A DNA stretch of 63,367 nt, counting the filler, from Craspedostauros australis (lineage: Eukaryota): NCBI GenBank assembly GCA_030167865.1. It is 10 parts of 10 records of this genome, joined end to end, with 100 filler letters (N's around TTAATTAATTAA, not from the genome) between each part and the next. Parts side by side here need not be neighbours in the genome. Positions count along the whole stretch, not along the records: positions 14,438 to 39,279 come from JALAGF010002762.1; positions 39,380 to 41,315 come from JALAGF010002763.1; positions 41,416 to 44,053 come from JALAGF010002765.1; positions 44,154 to 47,604 come from JALAGF010002766.1; positions 47,705 to 48,787 come from JALAGF010002768.1; 5 more parts are not named here. One strand, 5' to 3'. The notes under the pieces are model-generated. The model saw only the letters and a list, made by a program, of their open reading frames with translations, had not been told where the DNA came from and did not search any database. The translations under genes and the position numbers were made by a program. Positions 35,618 to 47,774 of the stretch are shown one piece after another (within the stretch, counting starts at the first letter, position 1; every line of letters begins with the position of its first letter).

Positions 35618-37721
35618 AACGGCGAGATCTTTCGTGTACCACTTGCAGCTGTAGTCGTATGCACAGGTCATGGCGGCGTTGGAATCACTTCGAGATGCTC
35701 TACCAGCGCCAAACATGATGGAAAGAACGGAATGATCCCGCGAAGGACGATGGCGATGACGAAGGAGGGGTTGTGACGTGCGATGCGCTCCACCGCCTTT
35801 GGCGTGGTTTGTGGTTGTGGCAGTGGCCTTAGCGAAGGATAAATCATCATGATACAAGAGGAGGACGAAGACAGAGAGGCATGCGGGCAGTGTACTCGTA
35901 GAAGATGAACAGACAGAGGCATTTAGGTCTGCGAGTCCATTTCCACTGCCGAAATTGTGAACCGCGCATGTGATGTTCAAGTCGCTTCGTTCATGATCGA
36001 CAACGCCACAAAGTGGAAGAGCCCACGTCACGACGAATGGGTGAAATTGCGCCGTTGCTTATCGTGTGTGCGCGCCAACCACGACTTCAATACCCGGGAT
36101 TGTTGGTTGTAATTAACGATGACTCGAAGAAATATCCAGGGATTAGCGAAGTTGTTCAAGCGACACATCATGCTAATTCCCCACAAGACCTTCTGCGACA
36201 TGACGCGTTCATGGGTTGCAAGTGCCTTATGTGTACCCACGACTTGAGGAACAAGCGATGGAGGAAAATAGTGACCTTTTGAACAACCATGACACACTCA
36301 ACCGGGTAGAGCGCGACACACGATACAGCCGACATCACGAAAACAACGCCACTCTTGTTCTTCAGTTTATCATTAGTATTGCACTTTTGTGGGTTGAACA
36401 GTTCCCTTTGCTCTTCCCTTCGTGTTCGGAGAAGCAACGAAGGTTCCGGAGCGTTCATGTCGTTGTGACTCGCTGTTGTCACAGACGTGTGCAAGGACAC
36501 ACACGTTGCAACGGAGAATCAGTACGCAAAATGTCACAGTTCCGCATCCACGAACAAACTCGTGACAACAACGGAGATCGTCATCGTCTTGTTTGCGCGC
36601 GTTGTGTCGTGTGTTGCTTTGAAGTGACTGGTTATTATGCCGTGCCACTCTCGAAAATCGGAAGCGTTCCTCGCACACGTTCCAACGAAATCGCGGCCGA
36701 GTTGCCGATGAACGCCTTCATCGCACAAAATAAGAACCGAAGCAGAAGCAAAAGCAAGAGCCACACGATTACGTACGCACACTCCACGACAAAGGATCTG
36801 TCGACCACAACAGCACACAAGAGGGAGAAACAGCAACAGCGACAACAACAAGAATAGTCAACGACAGCGGCCAACCTCGAGCACAAGCACAACTTCATCC
36901 ACGCCGGTTCTCGTCATCAAGCACCAGCCATAGCCAACCGCTTCAAATCACAAACACATCAAGCAATACCCCATCCATCGACAACGCGCGCGACATCACA
37001 TCGACAATGATTGTCATCATCGCGATCGTGACGTATATCGTCAGGAACTTCGATATGGATCAGTGCATGCCGAAAAAGCAAGTCGATCTGGACGATGACT
37101 ACTGAGGCACACATACACGCACACAAAGAGTCACACTGTCTCCCATAAGATCTCGTCGTCATTGCGCACGTCAACAGTGCGCTGCATTGAGAGAACCGCC
37201 ACCCCGGATCTGCATCCAGTGATGGTAACAGCAGCTGCGACAATCAGCTCCATGGCGTTCAGTCCATGTCCTGCAAGGCATCCACAGGTCACCTTCGAGA
37301 CTCATATGGAGTACTCCACAAGGCAACGCAACGCGACATGACAATCGCAATACAACACAACATAACACATCACAACAGCCACTCCAACACAACGGCCAAC
37401 TATCAGCAAGGCACCATGCGTCGGATTGTGCGACGCAAAACCGAACCAGTTCGTGAGACACTGATGCGAGCAATTTTGAAGACCCAACAATTTTGAAACC
37501 AAGCAACAAATGGACGACCAGTCCAGAGCATGTGAATACTATTCTATTATACATTGCTATCTTAGGCATTCGTGCGCCGACGAAGCAATAGAGAGCGTCG
37601 GGGAATGAACGCTGCGTAGCGAAGTAATAGTTCGTATCGTATAATCCAATTTTGACAACTCGACAAAACCAACGATAGAGGCACACACTTACTTTTTGGA
37701 GGATGCAGAAGTGCTCCACTC

Positions 37722-39251
37722 CTAGTTCTTCCATGATGTTCCCTCCTTGGTGCATGCCACAATCACATCGCCGATCAAAATCATGGCCTCCCCAGTCTTG
37801 GCACGCGCAACGATGGAATCCACAACGGTGGGCAAAGGTGTGTTCTTGAATGATGTCGACGACGACGATGATGACGACGATGACGACGACAGCGACGAGG
37901 TGACCCATCCATTCAGCTGCTCAAAATTCATGTAGTATCCTTCGCCCGACAGCACCTTGCGACATGCTTCCTGAATGATTTTATCCATCTCTATCTTGGT
38001 GACCTTCCACAAGGCCTCCATCTGCAACACGAACAGCAATGCTTGCCGGGCCTCGAACTGTCTCAGGAAGAGGAGGTCTTCCTCGTCGTAGTTGCTGACG
38101 GCGTCTCCATCTGAGTCATCAAACATCGTGGTGTGATGGTCCAACAGGTGCCAATTTCCTTCCAAATCCATATCGAAATCACTGACATCGTTGTCGTTGT
38201 CATTGTTATTGTTGTTGTTGTTGTCGATGTCACCATACAAGTAAGACTTCCCCTCGTCGCCCCGTTCCAACTGTCCCTTTCGCTGTCGACGCTGCTTGCG
38301 TTGACGTTGCTGTTCCTTCCACAGTTCTTCTCGCAATCCCCACACTTTCTCCATCACTACGGCACGCTCACTGACGTACGTCGCCTCGGCGACATGCTTC
38401 ATCTTGCGCCAGCTATTGCGCAGTGGATTGCCATTCGAGGACAGGTAAGATTGGCCTGCGTGACGGTACGCACGCCCGATGCATCGCATGACCTGCGCGC
38501 CCATGGGCAGATGCTTCAAGGCATCGCATTCCACAGCCACCTGATGCATGAAGATGTACCGTTCCACGGTACCCTCAATGTACGGTCGGATACGTTCCGA
38601 CAGGCGTGCTGTAATGTACCGAATGCGCTTGTCGCGGTCGGCCCTGCAGCAAGCTTTGGCATTCACGCCAGGGTCGTAGTAGCGGCAGTGGTAGTTGTCA
38701 AAGTGCTGGTCAGGTGTCTGGAACTTAGTGTTGCGGTAGTCGGTTTTGGGTGACATGTTGTACCCGATCCATTCCAGTAGCTCTCGCTGTCGCGGATTCA
38801 ACGACGCTGGTGACGCGACCATGCTCTCATCGGGTCCCACCATGAGCATGATGGCCATCGCCATGTCCGTGATTCCGTATTGATGATACATCAATCGTGC
38901 CGCATCGTCCTTCAAGACTTCGTAGGCCTTCTGCACATCTTCCAACTTCTGTTGAGCATACTCGTATGCGCTGCCTGTGTCGTTCTTCTGCGTTGATCGG
39001 ATCTTGTCGGGATGATACTTGCGAGACATCATGCGGTACTGCTTCGTGATCTCGGCTGTCGTTGCGTTGGAGCGCACCTGCAGAACATCATACAGAGTGG
39101 TGTCGTGCGGTGGTTGGGAGATGTGCTTGCGATGCATCTTGAGCAAGATCGAGGACACGTCGGGTGCCTTAGCGGCAGCCATGGTGATGGCCATGCTCAG
39201 CGCGATGCACAATGCAATCCATCCCGTCTCCATCATGGTGGTCGTTCTCAT
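37722..39251 (-). CDS. DnaJ protein with N-terminal signal/anchor and DnaJ-X-like C-terminal domain
   Basis: LYDVLQV...YR..SRKYHPDK...AYEVLKD; later L...G...IGRAY and LWK....DK....AC..VL...RA.....IG. Confidence 0.88.
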   Translation of the reverse strand: MRTTTMMETGWIALCIALSMAITMAAAKAPDVSSILLKMHRKHISQPPHDTTLYDVLQVRSNATTAEITKQYRMMSRKYHPDKIRSTQKNDTGSAYEYAQQKLEDVQKAYEVLKDDAARLMYHQYGITDMAMAIMLMVGPDESMVASPASLNPRQRELLEWIGYNMSPKTDYRNTKFQTPDQHFDNYHCRYYDPGVNAKACCRADRDKRIRYITARLSERIRPYIEGTVERYIFMHQVAVECDALKHLPMGAQVMRCIGRAYRHAGQSYLSSNGNPLRNSWRKMKHVAEATYVSERAVVMEKVWGLREELWKEQQRQRKQRRQRKGQLERGDEGKSYLYGDIDNNNNNNNDNDNDVSDFDMDLEGNWHLLDHHTTMFDDSDGDAVSNYDEEDLLFLRQFEARQALLFVLQMEALWKVTKIEMDKIIQEACRKVLSGEGYYMNFEQLNGWVTSSLSSSSSSSSSSSTSFKNTPLPTVVDSIVARAKTGEAMILIGDVIVACTKEGTSWKN

Positions 39252-42080
39252 CTGAGCAAAGCTGCGACTAATCCTGGTANNNNNNNNNNNNNNNNNNNNN
39301 NNNNNNNNNNNNNNNNNNNNNNNTTAATTAATTAANNNNNNNNNNNNNNNNNNNNNNNNNNNNNNNNNNNNNNNNNNNNACGCTTCGATCGTGGAAGGTA
39401 GGGACTCATTTGGACACGACCAAACAAGAACAAAAATGGCGAACCACATCACCAAATTTGTGGCTTCTCTTCTTGTTCGCCAGAATGGCAGACATGAGAC
39501 GAGACAAAGGCTACAGTGGTGAGACGGCATGAAGAGGAATGGATGTGGTCGTGTGGTGTGATGTGGTGTGGTGTGGGACGAGGATGGCAGATGAAGGTGG
39601 AATGAAGTGCCACTGATGAGCGCCGATGAAGCGCGGCGTTGCCAATGATGACCACATGACAATCGCGTTGACAGAGATCCATCGAACAGTGAAGAGAGAA
39701 GAAATGAGGCATGAACGGAACCGAGCATGACAGGACATGACGAGACGTGGCAGGACGCCAAGCGACGGTCATGATCAAGAGAAGGTGATGCGAGACAGAG
39801 AGATGGAGAAACGCAGAACACAGCATTGCTCCTGCAAGCATGCCAGCAACGCATTCAACAATCTCATGACAACTCCATCATCACGAATGAAGTCACAATG
39901 ATCAAGATGATCANGNTGTGAACGTCCACAGACACAGCTCATGCCACCATGGTCAGCGGTATCATCAATATCAGCTATTGCACCACGAGGATCGATGGTC
40001 GGGGCAGCATCGCAGGATGTGGCCGGAAACCAACATCGCAGTATCAAAGAAGACTGCGCATGCGCAACACAAACCAGACATGCTGATCCTCGGCAATACT
40101 TCAGAAACTGCGGTTGCTCGATATGCTCCAGAGCAGAATACAACACAGCTGCACGAAGCGGAGAAGCGCTTCAAGCGTGTCTGCGCATCGAGGATGTTGA
40201 GCATCCATGGATGGAAGATGCTTCCACATGGCCAGCTCACAGTTGCCAACGCCAGCATTCGTACTCGGCACTTCATCAAGTGTCATGGATTGGAAAACAC
40301 ACACACAGATCAGGAATTCGGAAAGCAACGATTGCCGTCGTTGATGAATCCAGCACCAGTTCTATCATGGAGGAGAGCATTGCATGCCAGGCGACGATGA
40401 AGGAGAGGATTGACGAAAATGACCAACATCTTCCCCGCAATCTACATCCGATGGAGATGAGAACATCAGACAACCGATGCCATGAGTACCATACAGCATG
40501 TCCGACGAGTCATCCCCAATGAAGTCCCTCAAGTGACGGGCACAGCAGTGCGTTGTGAAGGCTTGTAGCCATCAAAACATCAGCAGATTCGCGGCACAAG
40601 TTCCAACGTGCCGCCTGAAACGTAACGGACTGGAATGAATGCTTCTGCTCTACCTTCGGAGGGCATGTGTTGCGTTTCGCATCTTCCCCATGCACTCTTT
40701 GCTTTCCCGGACGGTTGCGGTAGAATTGGCTTGCGTGAACTGTGTGGCAGCGACATCAGGCAACCCTATTGGACTTGATTTCGAGTGAAAGAGACATGTG
40801 CTTTATCAGCTGATATCCGTACGTCAGCCAGAGACGTTGGCAATGGATCTGCTCAAGGCTCGGCTGTGCTGACGTTCCGTGCTCCTCGCTAGTTCACCAT
40901 CGCACCAACATCTATGGGATCTTCCTATCAGGTTGAGGCGTCACAAATCCGGACCAAAACATCAGCTCTGGCGATTCTGGTATGCAGCATGATACCATCC
41001 ACANNNNNNNNNNNNNNNNNNNNNNNNNNNNNNNNNNNNNNNNNNNNNNNNNNNNNNNNNNNNNNNNNNNNNNNNNNNNNNNNNNNNNNNTGAATGGCTC
41101 GACATGCGCGGCGCGGCATTGAATGGATCACTGATCATCTGCTTGAATCATAGTTACTAGTACTACTCTGACTCCTCATCTAATTCATCTTCTTCATTCC
41201 ATGACATGCTTGCTCCTCAGTCTGCTGCTGTTGTTGTTGCTGCTTTATTTCTCTTCCTCGGCAGCGCCGTCGCTCTCAGCCACCCTGGAAGATGTGATGG
41301 AACGCACGAAGCGCANNNNNNNNNNNNNNNNNNNNNNNNNNNNNNNNNNNNNNNNNNNNTTAATTAATTAANNNNNNNNNNNNNNNNNNNNNNNNNNNNN
41401 NNNNNNNNNNNNNNNTGTGGTTCGAATGGTGGTGTGCGCATCGTTTTCTTGATGGCATGGAGGATTGTGATGTGATGTGTTGTGTTTGTTTGTTTTTTGT
41501 GACGGGGACCGTGATTTTTGTGTCGTGGTTGGTGCGCGTCGCCACACGATCGGTGTGTTGTGTCGCGAAGTCGTCACGTTGTGTTGTGGCACGGTCCGCG
41601 TGTGTTGCGGCGCGATTGGTGTGTGCTGCGCAGCCATCACGTTGTCTCGCGAAGCAAGGGCGACGTGCTGCGAGACGCACTCACATCTTGTGTTGTGAGT
41701 GGTTTCGCATGACGTCGAATCCTTCCTGTGACGTAGAAGACGGATCAGGGAGGAACTACACGAAATAGCTCTAAATATACAATCGCCGTTGCTCCCAAAG
41801 GCAAGCAAACCAGTGGCAACAAGGGGCCAAAACTCCACAACTAGTGCTATCGTGACCCCATTTTACATTCTCTGCAGCTAGTATAGATGTTTATGTTTGT
41901 ATGTTTCGAAGTGTATGCTTCTATATATTGATAGTATCGTCAAGCCTTGATACGTGCAGAGAGCGAAATGGAATGAATGAATGAATGAGTGCAGACCGTG
42001 CTTGTTTATTGTTAATACTACAGAGGGGCGGGTGCTCCTGCTGTTGCTCGGCCGATGGTCTGCGGTTGCTCTGCAAATGG

Positions 42081-43633
42081 TCTCCGGTTGCGATGGACTG
42101 CGGTGGCGATCGTCTCCGGTTGTGATTGACTGCGGTTGTCATTGTCTCCGGTTATCATGGACTGCGGTTGGGATGGACTGTGGTTGGTATTGACCGCGGT
42201 GGCGATCGTCTGCGGTTGTCGTGGACTGCGGTTGAGATTGATGGCGGTGGCGATCGTCTCCAGTTGTCATGGACTGCGGTTGTGATTGACTGCGGTGGCG
42301 ATCGTATCCGGTTGTCGTGGACTGCGGTTGAGATTGACTGCGGTTGTCATTGACTGCGGTTGTCATGGACTGCGGATTGTATTGACTGCGATTGCGATCG
42401 TCTCTGGTTGTCATGGACTGCGGTTGTCATGGACTGCGGTTGCGATCGTCTCCGGTTGTCATGGATTGCGGGTATCATGGACTGCGGTTGTGATTGACTG
42501 CGGTGGCGATCGTCTCCAGTTGTCATGGACTGCGGTTGGTATTGACTGCGGCTGAGATTGACATCGGTGGCGATCGTCTACAGTTGTCGTGGGCCGAGGT
42601 TGTGATTGACGGCGGTGGCGATCGTCTCCAGTTGTCATGGACTGCGGTTGTCATGGACTGCGGTTGTCATNNNNNNNNNNNNNNNNNNNNNNNNNNNNNN
42701 NNNNNGGTATTGACTGCGGCGGCGATCGTCTCCGGTTGTCATGGACTGCGGATTGTACTGACTGCGGTTGCGATCGTCTCCGGTTGTCGTGGACTGCGGT
42801 TGTGATTGACGGCGGTGGCGATCGTCTCCGGTTGTCATGGACTGCAGTTGAGATTGACTGCGGTTGGTGTTGACTGCGGTTGTGATTGAAGGCGGTGGCG
42901 ATCGTCTCCAGTTGTCATGGACTGCGGTTGGGATGGACTGTGGTTGGTATTGACAGCGGTGGCGATCGTCTCCAGTTGTCGTGGGCCGCGGTTGGTATTG
43001 ACTGCGGGTGAGATTGACGGCGGTTGCGATCGTCTCCAGTTGTCATGGACTGCGGTTGTGATTGACTGCGGTGGCGATCGTCTCCAGTTGTCATGGACTG
43101 CGGTTGTGATTGACTGCGGTGGCGATCGTCTCCGGTTGTCGTGGGCCGAGGTTGTGATTGACTGCGGGTGAGATTGAAGGCGGTTGCGATCGTCTCCAGT
43201 TGTCATGGACTGCGGTTGTGATTGACTGCGGTGGCGATCGTCTCCGGTTGTCGTGGGCCGCGGTTGTGATTGACTGCGGTTGGTATTGACTGCGCCGGCG
43301 ATCGTCTCCGGTTGTCATGGGCCGAGGTTGTGAATGACTGCGGTGGCGAGCGCCCCCAGTTGTCATGGACTGTGGTTGGTATTGACCGCGGTGGCGATCG
43401 TCTCCGGTTGTCATGGACTGCGGATTGCATTGACTGCGATTGCGATCGTCTCCGGTTGTCATTGACTGCAGTTATCATGGACTGCGGTTGCGATCGTCTC
43501 CGGTTGTCATGGACTGCGGATTGTCATGGACTGCGGATGGTATTGACTGCGGTTGTCATGGACTGCGGTTGGTATTGACTACGGTCGCGATCGTCTCCGG
43601 TTGTCATGGACTGCGGTTGTGATGGACTGCCGT
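42081..43633 (+). repeat. Complex minisatellite of variant 16-bp monomers (~48-bp higher-order unit)
   Basis: Monomers TGGCGATCGTCTCCGG / TTGTCATGGACTGCGG / TTGTGATTGACTGCGG and variants, over ~1.55 kb with one internal N gap. Confidence 0.95.
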
Positions 43634-43636
43634 TGC

Positions 43637-44053
43637 TGTTGCTATGATTGTAGCTGTAACTGCTGATTCCAGTCCCGCCCGTGACTCGCCTGTCCATCGC
43701 CAGAACGCTATGCACCTCGCGCCCACTTTTCTGCTAGAGACAGGCAAGCTACGATCAGGAATCCTTTCCGCAACTCCAGCGCTAATCAATACAATCTCTC
43801 ATAAATATTAGCGAACAACATTGATTCACTCACTCAGTCCTATTGACAGTTGTTCGCTAATAGCAAGTTCACCCAAACATCGGGCACCAAGACCAACACC
43901 ACCACGATCATCACCATGGCCAACAGCCACGAAAAAATCCTCGCCACATTTCCGCAGGCCGTCGTCAAACCGATCATCGGATTGCCCACCTACGAAACCA
44001 TCGCCGAACTCAACGTTGTACTCAACGCCAACGCAGCTTCCGTCCATTGCCCC
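43637..44053 (+). mobile_element. 5' end of a Ty1/copia (CoDi-like) LTR retrotransposon: putative LTR 43637-43820 plus gag start at 43916
   Basis: TGTTG...CAACA-bounded 184-bp segment, then MANSHEKILATFP..VKPIIGLPTYETIAELN..LNANAASVH, resembling diatom copia gag N-termini. Truncated by scaffold end. Confidence 0.72.
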
Positions 44054-44153
44054 NNNNNNNNNNNNNNNNNNNNNNNNNNNNNNNNNNNNNNNNNNNNTTA
44101 ATTAATTAANNNNNNNNNNNNNNNNNNNNNNNNNNNNNNNNNNNNNNNNNNNN

Positions 44154-45286
44154 TTGTCCTTGTTGTCCTTGTTGTCCTTGTTGTCCTTGTTCTTCTCTTT
44201 CTCATCCTTGTCCTTCTTGTTGTCCTTGTTGTCTTTGTCCGTTTTCTTCTTTTCATCCTTCTCCTTCTCTTTCTTCTCATCCTTGTTCTTCTCCTTCCCA
44301 TCCTTGCCCTTGTCATTGTCATCGCCATCGTATTCGTTGCTCTGTGGCTGCCCAAGATTGGCGCTCTCGTCGACCATGTCCTTTCCATCCTTGCCATCCT
44401 TCTTGTCCTTCTTGTCTTCGCCGCTGTTCTCGTCCTTGTTCTTGTTCTTGGACTTGCCCTTCTCCTTGCCCTTGTCGCCATCCTTGTTGTGATGCTTCTT
44501 TGGCTTGTTGCTGCCGTTGCTGGTCATCTCCTCGGCTTTCTCCTCGGCCTTGACCTTCACCTCCTCCACCTTCTCCTTCGTCTTGTCCTTCGTCTTGTCC
44601 TTCACCTTGTCCTTCGCCTTGCCCTTGTTCTTGCCCTTGTTCTCCTCGCGATGAGCCTGGATCTTCTGTGTCATGAACATGGTGTTGGCCTCTGGTCCCG
44701 TCTCCATGGGCTTTGGGATGTTGGATGGGTTGGAGTTCCTGGCGAGCTGATTCTGTCCGATGACGGTCTCTCCACATCGTCGAGGGACGACGTGTGTCTC
44801 ACCTGGCTTGAGCATGCGACCACATCCGTCTCTTTGATCTCTTGGCATGCCTCTGTGGTTGGCATCGTACTCGTCGTTGTGGTCGTTGACATCGTTGTTG
44901 CGTCTTCTGAGGTTTCGCTCGTTGGTGGCGAGTCGTCCGACGTTGGTGAGGATGGTGTCTCTGTCGGTTCCTCCCAGCATCGTCGATGATGACGTAGATG
45001 TGGATGTGGTTGATGTGGATGTGGATGTCGATGTGGATGTGACAGTGGCTGGCTTGTTGTGAGAGTGATGGGCATTGTCCATCATTGATGCAGCATGTTG
45101 AAGGTTGACAGTGGCTGTGTTGATCTGTTCTTCGTCGATGATGAAGTCATCTTCGTTTCGGTTGTGATCAGGGTCATGTGTGGCATCCGTGACATCCGTG
45201 ACATCCGTGACATCATTGGCGATGTGTGCAGCTGCGGATGCGCTGAAGATGAGCGAGAGGACGCTTTGTTGTATCTTGAGGTTCAT
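44154..45286 (-). CDS. Secreted Lys/Asp-rich low-complexity protein with RXL motifs (3' truncated)
   Basis: Signal peptide MNLKIQQSVLSLIFSASAAA; RNL and GCGRML; long KxxK/KDxK repeats; 377 open codons. Confidence 0.78.
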
Positions 45287-46575
45287 TTTGTGTTGTGTGC
45301 TGTATTGTGTGCTGTCTTGTGTGTGTTGTCTCGTCTTGTGTGTTGGTTTCCAATGCAGATTGAGGTTGGAGATGAAGTTGTGTTGACGTTGATGTTGATG
45401 TTGATGTTGGTATTATGAGATGAAGATGCTGTTGGTTGGTTGGTTGAGTGATGATAATGATGATGCTGTTGTGTTGTTGTTGCTGCATGACTATGAATTC
45501 TCACGTAGTCATGTTTGATGTTGTGATTTAGAGCACTCTCCTCGACATACTCTTGGAGCACTCTATCCATCATCCTCGTGAGGTTATCTCCATTTGGTGA
45601 GCATGATCCCAAATGATCGACGTCAAACAAGGATCTTCCTTCGGATGGATACCATCAATCGCTATGCCAACACCCATGGCAGTGATGGTAGCCATGACAG
45701 TAACAGTAATAATGACGGTGGTGGTGGTACTTGTACTTGTAGTTGTGGTCGTGGTTGTGGTTGGAGGAAGAGACGTTGGATGTCGAAATTGGCAAACGAA
45801 TGGGCGAAATTGGTCTTATTGTTGGCCAAAAAGTGAGGTGTTTCGTTTGTGCTTGTTGTTGTATGTTGTTGTATGTTGATGATAACATCCACGATAACGG
45901 TCGGCACTTGTGAAGGTGGTGTGGAAGCGTTGTGTTTGTTGTTTTGGATTTCGTGTGCGTGTTGGTGTGTGTTGTTGTGTGTTGGTTTGGATTGTCTTCT
46001 CAACGGTCACAGAATTGGCGCCAGATCGCCGAAATCGGTCGCCTGACAACACCCCTCCAACAAGATGCCAACGACCATCACCGAGCCAGCCCACATTCAA
46101 ATATCAAGTCTTGATCACATTTTTGGTGTTCTTTTGGCACACTCTTCCTTCTTCTCATGTTTCTGTTCATGTTCCTCTATGCACTCGTCTGTTTGCTTCT
46201 CACCATGTTCTCTTCCAGCTTTTCGTCGAGCCTCATCCAAATGTTCAAGGTCAACGACTCCACACCATCCTCGACTCTACCACACTCATCTTTGCTCTCT
46301 GTGATGTGTCCTCATGATGTCACCATCACACCTATCATTCCATCTGTTGGTCGTGGATGTCAGTTGTGGTGTGTATTTTTCAGTTGATGATGTTTGAGTG
46401 GTGTTGGTAGTATTACATTATCGTTTCGACCAAACGAGACCTTGAGTCATCGTCCTCTTCCTCTTTCTCACAATCCGTCAATCACAATCCATCAATCACA
46501 ATTCACCAATCATCGATCACCAACAACTCACAACAGCAACAACCCACAACAATCCACAGTATCAACACCAGCACC

Positions 46576-47604
46576 ATGCAACTCAAGTTCCAACCAGGAT
46601 TCCTCGTTGTCCTCTTGGGCAATGCCGCCGTCTCTGTTCTCGCCAAGGATGCCACTCAATCTCATGCACAGACGCATGAACAGATGCATGCACAGACTCA
46701 GGTGCAAGCACAAGACGATGAGAAGAAGCAGTACATGGTTGGCAGCACAGGCGAGGTCCAACAAATCCACCAGACTCAACAGGAGAAGGAAGGACAGCAA
46801 CAACCACAACAAGCGATCGCCACTGAGACGCAGGATGCTGCCAACATCAACAACATCAACACCATCCATCAACCCATCGACTTGTCAGATGAGGCAGGCG
46901 CCATGAAGGCCAGTATCAAGTCAGGTGCAGAGATGGCAGATGCCGGACGATTGGGAAGCTACAATGAAGGTGACGACGAGCACATGATCGTACAGAGCGC
47001 CCGCCGCAGCAATCGTGTGACTGGACATGGCACTGTGCGTGGAGTGCAGGCATCGAAGCTGAGTGTCGATCCCACCACGGTCAACCGCAATCTGAAGAAG
47101 AAGAAGGGTAAGGGCAAGGGTAAGGGAAAGAAGACTGGATGTCGTCGTCTTCTGAGAGGCCCAGGTGTGGGTGTTGGCGTTGGTGCTCGCACCGGTACCG
47201 GCCCCAGCCCGACCTCCGACATGGGTGAAGGCACAGCCGCAGCAATGACTCAGGATGATGGCATGTTCGAGTGTGACGAATCAGCGGCACTCAACGAAGG
47301 GCCTGGTTCTGGTCCTGGTGGCAAGAAGGGAGATGCCAGTGACAGCTCCAGTGAACAGGATGACAAGGGCAAGAAGGGCAAGAAGGGAGGTGATGGACCA
47401 GGTGACGATCCAGAAGATGGTTCTGAAGAGTCCGCGACACTTCCAGATGACACTGCAGATGACATCACAGAGGACACCACAGAGGACACCGTAGATGACA
47501 CAGATGGTACCGATGGCAGCGGTGAAGATGCCGTCGTCACTACCACCCCTACAACCACCACCGTCGCTGCAACCACGACCACAGCTGCAACAGAGGATGC
47601 CAAT
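46576..47604 (+). CDS. Secreted Lys/Gly- and Asp/Thr-rich protein with RXL motifs (3' truncated)
   Basis: Signal peptide MQLKFQPGFLVVLLGNAAVSVLA; RNLKKKKGKGKGKGKKTGCRRLL; KGKKGKKG; acidic and Thr-rich tail. Confidence 0.78.
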
Positions 47605-47774
47605 NNNNNNNNNNNNNNNNNNNNNNNNNNNNNNNNNNNNNNNNNNNNTTAATTAATTAANNNNNNNNNNNNNNNNNNNNNNNNNNNNNNNNNNNNNNNN
47701 NNNNCAATCCCACTCCTACAATTGCACTTGCATCCACCCGCAACACCAAATCCGATGCAGCAAAGCTGGCAAGC

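Noticed and set aside
35620..37720. Several 90-245 aa ORFs between the AAA ATPase and DnaJ genes
   Set aside because: No recognisable domain or codon bias; treated as intergenic.
14438..39279. Operon-like metabolic cluster (polyamine, MATE, homoserine, lipid genes)
   Set aside because: Mixed orientations and unrelated housekeeping functions are ordinary for compact diatom genomes; no evidence of co-function from sequence alone.
39380..41315. Possible decayed gene or TE on a small scaffold
   Set aside because: No frame gave a recognisable motif; cannot support a call.
42081..43633. CRISPR array or repeat-protein gene
   Set aside because: No unique spacers and no cas genes; eukaryotic context; the 16-bp period shifts frame, giving only short repetitive ORFs.
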